This document shows, piece by piece, positions 1 to 13,200 of a DNA stretch of 64,000 nucleotides. Within the stretch, counting starts at the first letter, position 1. Each line of letters begins with the position of its first letter. The position numbers and the translations under genes are program-made. This DNA is from Eledone cirrhosa (lineage: Eukaryota), in assembly GCA_964016885.1 (NCBI GenBank), contig OZ024743.1, positions 297,476,001 through 297,540,000 on the forward strand. Reading direction: 5' to 3'. The notes under the pieces are model-generated. The model ran no database searches, was not told where the DNA came from, and saw nothing but the letters and a program-made list of their open reading frames with translations.

Positions 1-339
1 CGTATGTAAGTGTTACGAGAGGAGATACCAGTGACGTATGTTAGTGTTACGAGAGGAGATACCAGTCACGTATGTAAGAGTTAGGAGAGCAGATACCAGT
101 GACGTATGTAAGAGTTAGGAGAGGAGATACCAGTGACGTATGTAAGAGTTAGGAGAGGAGATACCAGTGACGTTTGTAAGAGTTAGGAGAGGAGATACCA
201 GTGACGTATGTAAGAGTTAGGAGAGGAGATACCAGTGACGTATGTCAGAGTTAGGAGAGAAGATACCAGTGACGTATGTCAGAGTTAGGAGAGGAGATAC
301 CAGTGACGTATGTAAGAGTTAGGAGAGGAGATATCAGTG

Positions 340-3300
340 ACGTATGTAAGAGTTAGGAAGGAGATATCAGTGACGTATGTAAGTGTTAGGAGAGGAGATA
401 CCAGTGACGTATGTAAGAGTTACGAGAGGAGATATCAGTGAGGTATGTAAGAGTTAGGAAGGAGATATCAGTGACGTATGTAAGTGTTAGGAGAGGAGAT
501 ATCAGTGACGTATGTCAGAGATAGGAAGGAGATATCAGTGACGTATGTCAGAGTTAGGAGAGGAGATACCAGTGACGTTTGTAAGAGTTAGGAGAGGACA
601 TACCAGTGACGTATGTCAGAGTTAGGAGAGGAGATACCAGTGACGTATGTAAGAGTTAGGAGAGGAGTTACCAGTGACGTTTGTAAGAGTTAGGAGAGGA
701 GATACCAGTGACGTTTGTAAGAGTTAGGAGAGGAGATACCAGTGACGTATGTAAGTGTTAGCAGAGGAGATATCAGTGACGTATGTCAGAGTTAGGAGTG
801 GAGATACCAGTGACGTATGTAAGAGTTAGGAGAGGAGATATCAGTGACGTATGTCAGAGTTAGGAGAGGAGATACCAGTGACGTATGTAAGATTTAGGAG
901 AGGAGATACCAGTGACGTATGTAAGAGTTAGGAGAGGAGATATCAATGACGTATGTAAGAGTTAGGAAGGAGATATCAGTGACGTATGTCAGAGTTAGGA
1001 GAGAAGATACCAGTGACGTATGTCAGTGTTAGGAGAGGAGATACCAGTGACGTATGTAAGAGTTAGGAGAGGAGATATCAATGACGTATGTAAGAGTTAG
1101 GAAGGAGATATCAGTGACGTATGTCAGAGTTAGGAGAGAAGATACCACTGACGTATGTCAGAGTTAGGAGAGGAGATACCAGTGACGTATGTAAGAGTTA
1201 GGAGAGGAGATACCAGTGACGTATGTAAGAGTTAGGAAGGAGATATCAGTGACGTATGTATGTGTTAGGAGAGGAGATACCAGTGACGTATGTAAGAGTT
1301 ACGAGAGGAGATATCAGTGAGGTATGTAAGAGTTAGGAAGGAGATATCAGTGACGTATGTCAGAGTTAGGAGAGGAGATACCATTGACGTATGTAAGTGT
1401 TAGGAGAGGAGATATCAGTGACGTATGTCAGAGATAGGAAGGAGATATCAGTGACGTATGTCAGAGTTAGGAGAGGAGATACCAGTGACGTTTGTAAGAG
1501 TTAGGAGAGGACATACCAGTGACGTATGTCAGAGTTAGGAGAGGAGATACCAGTGACGTATGTAAGAGTTAGGAGAGGAGATACCAGTGACGTTTGTAAG
1601 AGTTAGGAGAGGAGATACCAGTGACGTTTGTAAGAGTTAGGAGAGGAGATACCAGTGACGTATGTAAGTGTTAGCAGAGGAGATACCAGTGACGTATGTA
1701 AGTGTTACGAGAGAAGATACCAGTGACGTATGTCAGAGTTAGGAGAGAAGATACCAGTGACGTATGTCAGAGTTAGGAGAGGAGATACCAGTGACGTATG
1801 TAATAGTTAGGAGAGGAGATACCAGTGACGTATGTAAGTGTTAGGAGAAGAGATATCAGTGACGTATGTCAGAGTTAGGAGAGGAGATACCAGTGACGTA
1901 TATAAGTGTTAGGAGAGGAGATATCAGTGACGTATGTCAGAGTTAGGAGTGGAGATACCAGTGACGTATGTAAGAGTTAGGAGAGGAGATACCAGTGACG
2001 TATGTAAGAGTTAGGAGAGGAGATACCAGTGACGTATGTAAGAGTTAGGAGAGGAGATATCTGTGACATATGTAAGTGTTACGAGAGGAGATACCAGTGA
2101 CGTATGTAAGAGTTAGGAGAGGAGATACCAGTGACGTATGTAAGAGTTAGGAGAGGAGATATCAGTGACGTATGTAAGAGTTACGAGAGGAGATACTAGT
2201 GACGTATGTAAGAGTTAGGAGAGGAGATACCAGTGACGTATGTAAGAGTTAGGAGAGGAGATACCAGTGAAGTATGTAAGAGTTAGGAGAGGAGATACCA
2301 GTGACGTATGTAAGAGTTAGGAGAGGAGATACCAGTGACGTATGTAAGAGTTAGGAGAGGAGATACCAGTGACGTATGTAAGTGTTACGAGAGGAGATAC
2401 CAGTGATGTATGTAAGAGTTAGGAGAGGAGATACCAGTGACGTATGTAAGTGTTACGAGAGGATATACCAGTGACGTATGTAAGTGTTACGAGAGGAGAT
2501 ACCAGTGACGTATGTAAGAGTTAGGAGAGGAGATACCTGTGACGTATGTAAGAGTTAAGAGAGGAGATACCAGTGACGTATGTAAGTGTTACGAGAGGAG
2601 ATGCCAGTGACGTATGTAAGTGTTACGAGAGGAGATATCAGTGACGTATGTAAGAGTTAGGAGAGGAGATACCAGTGACGTTTGTAAGAGTTAGGAGAGG
2701 ACATACCAGTGACGTATGTCAGAGTTAGGAGAGGAGATACCAGTGACGTATGTAAGAGTTAGGAGAGGAGTTACCAGTGACGTTTGTAAGAGTTAGGAGA
2801 GGAGATACCAGTGACGTTTGTAAGAGTTAGGAGAGGAGATACCAGTGACGTATGTAAGTGTTAGCAGAGGAGATATCAGTGACGTATGTCAGAGTTAGGA
2901 GTGGAGATACCAGTGACGTATGTAAGAGTTAGGAGAGGAGATATCAGTGACGTATGTCAGAGTTAGGAGAGGAGATACCAGTGACGTATGTAAGAGTTAG
3001 GAGAGGAGATACCAGTGACGTATGTAAGAGTTAGGAGAGGAGATATCAATGACATATGTAAGAGTTAGGAAGGAGATATCAGTGACGTATGTCAGAGTTA
3101 GGAGAGAAGATACCAGTGACGTATGTCAGAGTTAGGAGAGGAGATACCAGTGACGTATGTAAGAGTTAGGCGAGGAGATATCAATGACGTATGTAAGAGT
3201 TAGGAAGGAGATATCAGTGACGTATGTCAGAGTTAGGAGAGAAGATACCAGTGACGTATGTCAGAGTTAGGAGAGGAGATACCAGTGACGTATGTAAGAG

Positions 3301-4400
3301 TTAGGAGAGGAGATACCAGTGACGTATGTAAGAGTTAGGAAGGAGATATCAGTGACGTATGTAAGTGTTAGGAGAGGAGATACCAGTGACGTATGTAAGA
3401 GTTACGAGAGGAGATATCAGTGAGGTATGTAAGAGTTAGGAAGGAGATATCAGTGACGTATGTCAGAGTTAGGAGAGGAGATACCAGTGACGTATGTAAG
3501 TGTTAGGAGAGGAGATATCAGTGACGTATGTCAGAGATAGGAAGGAGATATCAGTGACGTATGTCAGAGTTAGGAGAGGAGATACCAGTGACGTTTGTAA
3601 GAGTTAGGAGAGGACATACCAGTGACGTATGTCAGAGTTAGGAGAGGAGATACCAGTGACGTATGTAAGAGTTAGGAGAGGAGATACCAGTGACGTTTGT
3701 AAGAGTTAGGAGAGGAGATACCAGTGACGTTTGTAAGAGTTAGGAGAGGAGATACCAGTGACGTATGTAAGTGTTAGCAGAGGAGATATCAGTGACGTAT
3801 GTCAGAGTTAGGCGTGGAGATACCAGTGACGTATGTAAGAGTTAGGAGAGGAGATATCAGTGACGTATGTCAGAGTTAGGAGAGGAGATACCAGTGACGT
3901 ATGTAAGAGTTAGGAGAGGAGATACCAGTGACGTATGTAAGTGTTACGAGAGGAGATACCAGTGACGTATGTCAGAGTTAGGAGAGAAGATACCAGTGAC
4001 GTATGTCAGAGTTAGGAGAGGAGATACCAGTGACGTATGTAAGAGTTAGGAGAGGAGATACCAGTGACGTATGTAAGAGTTAGGAGTGGAGATATCTGTG
4101 ACATATGTAAGTGTTACGAGAGGAGATACCAGTGACGTATGTAAGAGTTAGGAGAGGAGATACCAGTGACGTATGTGAGAGTTAGGAGAGGAGATATCAG
4201 TGACGTATGTAAGAGTTACGAGAGGAGATACTAGTGACGTATGTAAGAGTTAGGAGAGGAGATACCAGTGACGTATGTAAGAGTTAGGAGAGGAGATACC
4301 AGTGAAGTATGTAAGAGTTAGGAGAGGAGATACCAGTGACGTATGTAAGAGTTAGGAGAGGAGATACCAGTGACGTATGTAAGAGTTAGGAGAGGAGATA
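340..4400. repeat. Higher-order domain A: ~913-bp (27-monomer) unit nested in a ~2.1-kb duplication
   Basis: The C of the marker GTTAGCAG is at 762, 1675, 2865 and 3778 (spacings 913, 1190, 913). The rare variant GGAGTTACC is at 668 and 2771 (offset 2103). TATCTGTGACATATG is at ~2061 and ~4096 (offset 2035, i.e. 2103 minus 2 monomers). Confidence 0.85.
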
Positions 4401-4829
4401 CCAGTGACGTATGTAAGAGTTACGAGAGGAGATACCAGTGACGTATGTAAGAGTTAGGAGAGGAGATACCAGTGACGTATGTAAGAGTTAGGAGAGAAGA
4501 TACCAGTGACGTATGTAAGAGTTAGTAGAGGAGATACTAGTGACGTATGTCAGAGTTAGGAGAGGAGATACCAGTGACGTATGTAAGAGTTAGGAGAGGA
4601 GATACCAGTGACGTATGTAAGAGTTAGGAGAGGAGATACCAGTGACGTATGTAAGAGTTAGTAGAGGAGATACTAGTGACGTATGTCAGCGTTAGGAGAG
4701 GAGATACCAGTGACGTATGTCAGTGTTACGAGATGAGATACCAGTGACGTATGTAAGAGTTAGGAGAGGAGATACCAGTGACGTATGTAAGAGTTAGGAG
4801 AGGAGATATCAGTGACGTATGTAAGAGTT

Positions 4830-7800
4830 ACGAGAGGAGATACCAGTGACGTATGTAAGTGTTACGAGAGGAGATACCAGTGACATATGTAAGAGTTAGG
4901 AGAGGAGATACCAGTGACGTATGTAGGAGCTAAGGGAGGAGATACCAGTGACGTATGTAAGAGTTAGGAGAGGAGATACCAGTGACGTATGTAAGAGTTA
5001 GGAGAGGAGATACCAGTGACGTATGTAAGAGTTAGGAGAGGAGATACCAGTGACGTATGTAAGAGTTAGGAGAGGAGATACCAGTGACATATGTAAGAGT
5101 TAGGAGAGGAGATACCAGTGACGTATGTAGGAGCTAGGGGAGGAGATACCAGTGACGTATGTCAGAGTTAGGAGAGGAGATACCAGTGACGTATGTAAGA
5201 GTTAGGAAGAAGATATCAGTGACGTATGTAAGTGTTAGGAGAGGAGATACCAGTGACGTTTGTAAGAGTTAGGAGAGGACATACCAGTGACGTATGTAAG
5301 AGTTAGGAGAGGAGATACCAGTGACGTATGTAAGAGTTAGGAGAGGAGATATCAGTGACGTATGTCAGAGTGTAGGAGTGGAGATACCAGTGACGTATGT
5401 AAGAGTTAGGAGAGGAGATATCAGTGACGTATGTAAGAGTTAGGAGAGGAGATACCAGTGACGTATGTAAGAGTTAGGAGAGGAGATATCAGTGACGTAT
5501 GTAAGTGTTACGAGAGGAGATACCAGTGACGTTTGTAAGAGTTAGGAGAGGACATACCAGTGACGTATGTAAGAGTTAGGAGAGGAGATACCAGTGACGT
5601 ATGTAAGAGTTAGGAGAGGAGATATCAATGACGTATGTAAGAGTTAGGAAGGAGATATCAGTGACGTATGTCAGAGTTAGGAGAGAAGATACCAGTGACG
5701 TATGTCAGAGTTAGGAGAGGAGATACCAGTGACGTATGTAAGAGTTAGGCGAGGAGATATCAATGACGTATGTAAGAGTTAGGAAGGAGATATCAGTGAC
5801 GTATGTCAGAGTTAGGAGAGAAGATACCAGTGACGTATGTCAGAGTTAGGAGAGGAGATACCAGTGACGTATGTAAGAGTTAGGAGAGGAGATACCAGTG
5901 ACGTATGTAAGAGTTAGGAAGGAGATATCAGTGACGTATGTAAGTGTTAGGAGAGGAGATACCAGTGACGTATGTAAGAGTTACGAGAGGAGATATCAGT
6001 GAGGTATGTAAGAGTTAGGAAGGAGATATCAGTGACGTATGTCAGAGTTAGGAGAGGAGATACCAGTGACGTATGTAAGTGTTAGGAGAGGAGATATCAG
6101 TGACGTATGTCAGAGATAGGAAGGAGATATCAGTGACGTATGTCAGAGTTAGGAGAGGAGATACCAGTGACGTTTGTAAGAGTTAGGAGAGGACATACCA
6201 GTGACGTATGTCAGAGTTAGGAGAGGAGATACCAGTGACGTATGTAAGAGTTAGGAGAGGAGATACCAGTGACGTTTGTAAGAGTTAGGAGAGGAGATAC
6301 CAGTGACGTTTGTAAGAGTTAGGAGAGGAGATACCAGTGACGTATGTAAGTGTTAGCAGAGGAGATATCAGTGACGTATGTCAGAGTTAGGCGTGGAGAT
6401 ACCAGTGACGTATGTAAGAGTTAGGAGAGGAGATATCAGTGGCGTATGTCAGAGTTAGGAGAGGAGATACCAGTGACGTATGTAAGAGTTAGGAGAGGAG
6501 ATACCAGTGACGTATGTAAGAGTTAGGAGAGGAGATACCAGTGACGTATGTAAGAGTTAGGAGAGGAGATACCAGTGACGTATGTAAGAGTTAGGAGAGG
6601 AGATATCAGTGACGTATGTAAGTGTTACGAGAGGAGATACCAGTGACGTATGTAAGAGTTAGGAGATGAGATACCAGTGACGTATGTAAGTGTTACGAGA
6701 GGAGATACCAGTGACATATGTAAGAGTTAGGAGAGGAGATACCAGTGACGTATGTAGGAGCTAAGGGAGGAGATACCAGTGACGTATGTAAGAGTTAGGA
6801 GAGGAGATACCAGTGACGTATGTAAGAGTTAGGAGAGGAGATACCAGTGAGGTATGTAAGAGTTAGGAGAGGAGATACCAGTGACGTATGTAAGAGTTAG
6901 GAGAGGAGATACCAGTGACATATGTAAGAGTTAGGAGAGGAGATACCAGTGACGTATGTAGGAGCTAGGGGAGGAGATACCAGTGACGTATGTCAGAGTT
7001 AGGAGAGGAGATACCAGTGACGTATGTAAGAGTTAGGAAGAAGATATCAGTGACGTATGTAAGTGTTAGGAGAGGAGATACCAGTGACGTTTGTAAGAGT
7101 TAGGAGAGGACATACCAGTGACGTATGTAAGAGTTAGGAGAGGAGATACCAGTGACGTATGTAAGAGTTAGGAGAGGAGATATCAGTGACGTATGTCAGA
7201 GTTAGGAGTGGAGATACCAGTGACGTATGTAAGAGTTAGGAGAGGAGATATCAGTGACGTATGTAAGAGTTAGGAGAGGAGATACCAGTGACGTATGTAA
7301 GAGTTAGGAGAGGAGATATCAGTGACGTATGTAAGTGTTACGAGAGGAGATACCAGTGACGTTTGTAAGAGTTAGGAGAGGACATACCAGTGACGTATGT
7401 AAGAGTTAGGAGAGGAGATACCAGTGACGTATGTAAGAGTTAGGAGAGGAGATATCAATGACGTATGTAAGAGTTAGGAAGGAGATATCAGTGACGTATG
7501 TCAGAGTTAGGAGAGAAGATACCAGTGACGTATGTCAGAGTTAGGAGAGGAGATACCAGTGACGTATGTAAGAGTTAGGCGAGGAGATATCAATGACGTA
7601 TGTAAGAGTTAGGAAGGAGATATCAGTGACGTATGTCAGAGTTAGGAGAGAAGATACCAGTGACGTATGTCAGAGTTAGGAGAGGAGATACCAGTGACGT
7701 ATGTAAGAGTTAGGAGAGGAGATACCAGTGACGTATGTAAGAGTTAGGAAGGAGATATCAGTGAAGTATGTAAGTGTTAGGAGAGGAGATACCAGTGACG

Positions 7801-8400
7801 TATGTAAGAGTTACGAGAGGAGATATCAGTGAGGTATGTAAGAGATAGGAAGGAGATATCAGTGACGTATGTCAGAGTTAGGAGAGGAGATACCAGTGAC
7901 GTATGTAAGTGTTAGGAGAGGAGATATCAGTGACGTATGTCAGAGATAGGAAGGAGATATCAGTGACGTATGTCAGAGTTAGGAGAGGAGATACCAGTGA
8001 CGTTTGTAAGAGTTAGGAGAGGACATACCAGTGACGTATGTCAGAGTTAGGAGAGAAGATACCAGTGACGTATGTAAGAGTTAGGAGAGGAGATACCAGT
8101 GACGTTTGTAAGAGTTAGGAGAGGAGATACCAGTGACGTTTGTAAGAGTTAGGAGAGGAGATACCAGTGACGTATGTAAGTGTTAGCAGAGGAGATATCA
8201 GTGACGTATGTCAGAGTTAGGCGTGGAGATACCAGTGACGTATGTAAGAGTTAGGAGAGGAGATATCAGTGACGTATGTCAGAGTTAGGAGAGGAGATAC
8301 CAGTGACGTATGTAAGAGTTAGGAGAGGAGATACCAGTGACGTATGTAAGAGTTAGGAGAGGAGATACCAGTGACGTATGTAAGAGTTAGGAGAGGAGAT
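4830..8400. repeat. Higher-order domain B: ~1,830-bp (54-monomer) tandem duplication
   Basis: Markers recur at an offset of 1830-1831: GGAGCTAAGGG at 4930/6761, TTAGGCGAGG at 5750/7580, GTTAGCAG at 6357/8187 and GGCGTGG at ~6392/~8222. The 1-nt difference is explained by a private insertion near 5371 (GAGTGTAGG). Confidence 0.87.
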
Positions 8401-10249
8401 ACCAGTGACGTATGTAAGAGTTACGAGAGGAGATACCAGTGACGTATGTAAGAGTTAGGAGAGGAGATACCAGTGACGTATGTCAGAGTTAGGAGAGAAG
8501 ATACCAGTGACGTATGTCAGAGTTAGGAGAGGAGATACCAATGACGTATGTAAGAGTTAGGAGAGGAGATACCAGTGACGTATGTAAGAGTTAAGAGAGG
8601 AGATATCTGTGACATATGTAAGTGTTACGAGAGGAGATACCAGTGACGTATGTAAGAGTTAGGAGAGGAGATACCAGTGACGTATGTAATAGTTAGGAGA
8701 GGAGATATCAGTGACGTATGTAAGAGTTACGAGAGGAGATACTAGTGACGTATGTAAGAGTTAGGAGAGGAGATACCAGCGACGTATGTAAGAGTTAGGA
8801 GAGGAGATACCAGTGACGTATGTAAGAGTTAGGAGAGGAGATACCAGTGACGTATGTAAGAGTTAGGAGAGGAGATACCAGTGACGTATGTAAGAGTTAC
8901 GAGAGGAGATACCAGTGACGTATGTAAGAGTTAGGAGAGGAGATACCAGTGACGTATGTAAGAGTTAGGAGAGGAGATACCAGTGACGTATGTAAGAGTT
9001 AGTAGAGGAGATACTAGTGACGTATGTCAGAGTTAGGAGAGGAGATACCAGTGACGTATGTAAGAGTTAGGAGAGGAGATACCAGTGACGTATGTAAGAG
9101 TTAGTAGAGGAGATACTAGTGACGTATGTCAGAGTTAGGAGAGGAGATACCAGTGACGTATGTCAGTGTTACGAGATGAGATACCAGTGACGTATGTAAG
9201 AGTTAGGAGAGGAGATACCAGTGACGTATGTAAGAGTTAGGAGAGGAGATATCAGTGACGTATGTAAGAGTTACGAGAGGAGATACCAGTGACGTATGTA
9301 AGAGTTAGGAGAGGAGATACCAGTGACCTATGTAAGAGTTAGGAGAGGAGATATCAGTGACGTATGTAAGTGTTACGAGAGGAGATACCAGTGACGTATG
9401 TAAGAGTTAGGAGATGAGATACCAGTGACGTATGTAAGTGTTACGAGAGGAGATACCAGTGACGTATGTAAGAGTTAGGAGATGAGATACCAGTGACGTA
9501 TGTAAGTGTTACGAGAGGAGATACCAGTGACATATGTAAGAGTTAGGAGAGGAGATACCAGTGACGTATGTAGGAGCTAAGGGAGGAGATACCAGTGACG
9601 TATGTAAGAGTTAGGAGAGGAGATACCAGTGACGTATGTAAGAGTTAGGAGAGGAGATACCAGTGACGTATGTAAGAGTTAGGAGAGGAGATACCAGTGA
9701 CGTATGTAAGAGTTAGGAGAGGAGATACCAGTGACATATGTAAGAGTTAGGAGAGGAGATACCAGTGACGTATGTAGGAGCTAGGGGAGGAGATACCAGT
9801 GACGTATGTCAGAGTTAGGAGAGGAGATACCAGTGACGTATGTAAGAGTTAGGAAGAAGATATCAGTGACGTATGTAAGTGTTAGGAGAGGAGATACCAG
9901 TGACGTTTGTAAGAGTTAGGAGAGGACATACCAGTGACGTATGTAAGAGTTAGGAGAGGAGATACCAGTGACGTATGTAAGAGTTAGGAGAGGAGATATC
10001 AGTGACGTATGTCAGAGTTAGGAGTGGAGATACCAGTGACGTATGTAAGAGTTAGGAGAGGAGATATCAGTGACGTATGTAAGAGTTAGGAGAGGAGATA
10101 CCAGTGACGTATGTAAGAGTTAGGAGAGGAGATATCAGTGACGTATGTAAGTGTTACGAGAGGAGATACCAGTGACGTTTGTAAGAGTTAGGAGAGGACA
10201 TACCAGTGACGTATGTAAGAGTTAGGAGAGGAGATACCAGTGACGTATG

Positions 10250-13200
10250 TAAGAGTTAGGAGAGGAGATATCAATGACGTATGTAAGAGTTAGGAGAGGA
10301 GATACCAGTGACGTATGTCAGAGTTAGGAGAGGAGATACCAGTGACGTTTGTAAGAGTTAGGATAGGAGATACCTGTGACGTTTGTAAGAGTTAGGAGAG
10401 GGGATACCATTGACGTATGTAAGTGTTAGGAGAGGAGATATCAGTGACGTATGTCAGAGTTAGGAGTGGAGATACCAGTGACGTATGTAAGAGTTAGGAG
10501 AGGAGATATCAGTGACGTATGTCAGAGTTAGGAGAGGAGATACCAGTGACGTATGTAAGTGTTAGAAGAGGAGATACCAGTGACGTATGTAAGAGTTAGG
10601 AGAGGAGATACCAGTGACGTATGTAAGAGTTAGGAGAGGAGATATCAATGACGTATGTAAGAGTTAGGAAGGAGATATCAGTGACGTATGTCAGAGTTAG
10701 GAGAGAAGATACCAGTGACGTATGTAAGAGTCAGGAGAGGAGATACCAGTGACGTATGTAAGAGTTAGGAGAGGAGATACCAGTGACGTATGTAAGAGTT
10801 AGGAGAGGAGATACCAGTGACGTATGTAAGTGTTAGGAGAGGAGATATCAGTGACGTATGTCAGAGGTAGGAGAGAAGATACCAGTGACGTATGTCAGAG
10901 TTAGGAGAGGAGATACCAGTGACGTATGTAAGAGTTAGGAGAGGAGATACCAGTGACGTATGTAAGTGTTAGGAGAGGAGATACCAGTGACGTATGTAAG
11001 AGTTAGGAGAGGAGATATCAGTGACGTATGTAAGTGTTACGAGAGGAGATACCAGTGACGTATGTAAGAGTTAGGAGAGGAGATACCAGTGACGTATGTA
11101 AGTGTTACGAGAGGAGATACCAGTGACATATGTAAGAGTTAGGAGAGGAGATACCAGTGACGTATGTAAGAGCTAGGGGGGGAGATACCAGTGACGTATG
11201 TAAGAGTTAGGGAGGAGATACCAGTGACGTATGTAAGAGTTAGGAGAGGAGATACCAGTGACGTATGTCAGAGTTAGGAGAGGAGATACCAGTGACGTAT
11301 GTAAGAGTTAGGAAGAAGATATTAGTGACGTATGTAAGTGTTAGGAGAGGAGATACCAGTGACGTTTGTAAGAGTTAGGAGAGGACATACCAGTGACGTA
11401 TGTAAGAGTTAGGAGAGGAGATACCAGTGACGTATGTAAGAGTTAGTAGAGGAGATACCAGTGACGTTTGTAAGAGTTAGGAGAGGAGATACCTGTGACG
11501 TTTGTAAGAGTTAGGAGAGGAGATACCAGTGACGTATGTAAGTGTTAGGAGAGGAGATATCAGTGACGTATGTCAGAGATAGGAGAGCAGATACCAGTGA
11601 CGTTTGTAAGAGTTAGGAGAGGACATACCAGTGACGTATGTAAGAGTTAGGAGAGGAGATACCAGTGACGTATGTAAGAGTTAGGAGAGGAGATACCAGT
11701 GCCGTTTGTAAGAGTTAGGATAGGAGATACCTGTGACGTTTGTAAGAGTTAGGAGAGGGGATACCATTGACGTATGTAAGTGTTAGGAGAGGAGATATCA
11801 GTGACGTATGTCAGAGTTAGGAGAGGAGATACCAGTGACGTATGTAAGTGTTAGGAGAGGAGATATCAGTGACGTATGTAAGAGTTACGAGAGGAGATAC
11901 CAGTGACGTATGTAAGAGTTAGGAGAGGAGATACCAGTGACGTATGTAAGAGTTAGGAGAGGAGATACCAGTGACGTATGTCAGTGTTACGAGATGAGAT
12001 ACCAGTGACGTATGTAAGAGTTAGGAGAGGAGATACCAGTGACGTATGTAAGAGTTAGGAGAGGAGATATCAGTGACGTATGTAAGAGTTACGAGAGGAG
12101 ATACCAGTGACGTATGTAAGAGTTAGGAGAGGAGATACCAGTGACGTATGTAAGAGTTAGGAGAGGAGATACCAGTGACCTATGTAAGAGTTAGGAGAGG
12201 AGATATCAGTGACGTATGTAAGTGTTACGAGAGGAGATACCAGTGACGTATGTAAGAGTTAGGAGATGAGATACCAGTGACGTATGTAAGTGTTACGAGA
12301 GGAGATACCAGTGACATATGTAAGAGTTAGGAGAGGAGATACCAGTGACGTATGTAAGAGTTAGGAGAGGAGATACCAGTGACGTATGTAAGAGTTAGGA
12401 GAGGAGATACCAGTGACGTATGTAAGAGTTAGGAGAGGAGATACCAGTGACGTATGTAAGAGTTAGGAGAGGAGATACCAGTGACATATGTAAGAGTTAG
12501 GAGAGGAGATACCAGTGACGTATGTAGGAGCTAGGGGAGGAGATACCAGTGACGTATGTCAGAGTTAGGAGAGGAGATACCAGTGACGTATGTAAGAGTT
12601 AGGAGAGGAGATATCAGTGACGTATGTCAGAGTTAGGAGTGGAGATACCAGTGACGTATGTAAGAGTTAGGAGAGGAGATATCAGTGACGTATGTAAGAG
12701 TTAGGAGAGGAGATACCAGTGACGTATGTCAGAGTTAGGAGTGGAGATACCAGTGACGTATGTAAGAGTTAGGAGAGGAGATATCAGTGACGTATGTAAG
12801 AGTTAGGAGAGGAGATACCAGTGACGTATGTAAGAGTTAGGAGAGGAGATATCAGTGACGTATGTAAGTGTTACGAGAGGAGATACCAGTGACGTTTGTA
12901 AGAGTTAGGAGAGGACATACCAGTGACGTATGTAAGAGTTAGGAGAGGAGATACCAGTGACGTATGTAAGAGTTAGGAGAGGAGATATCAATGACGTATG
13001 TAAGAGTTAGGAGAGGAGATACCAGTGACGTATGTCAGAGTTAGGAGAGGAGATACCAGTGACGTTTGTAAGAGTTAGGATAGGAGATACCTGTGACGTT
13101 TGTAAGAGTTAGGAGAGGGGATACCATTGACGTATGTAAGTGTTAGGAGAGGAGATATCAGTGACGTATGTCAGAGTTAGGAGTGGAGATACCAGTGACG

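Noticed and set aside
4515-4535. TACTAAC branch-point motif on the - strand in GTTAGTAGA variants
   Set aside because: It is on the opposite strand from the GTATGT donor-like motif, arises from a single substitution, and has no exon structure around it.
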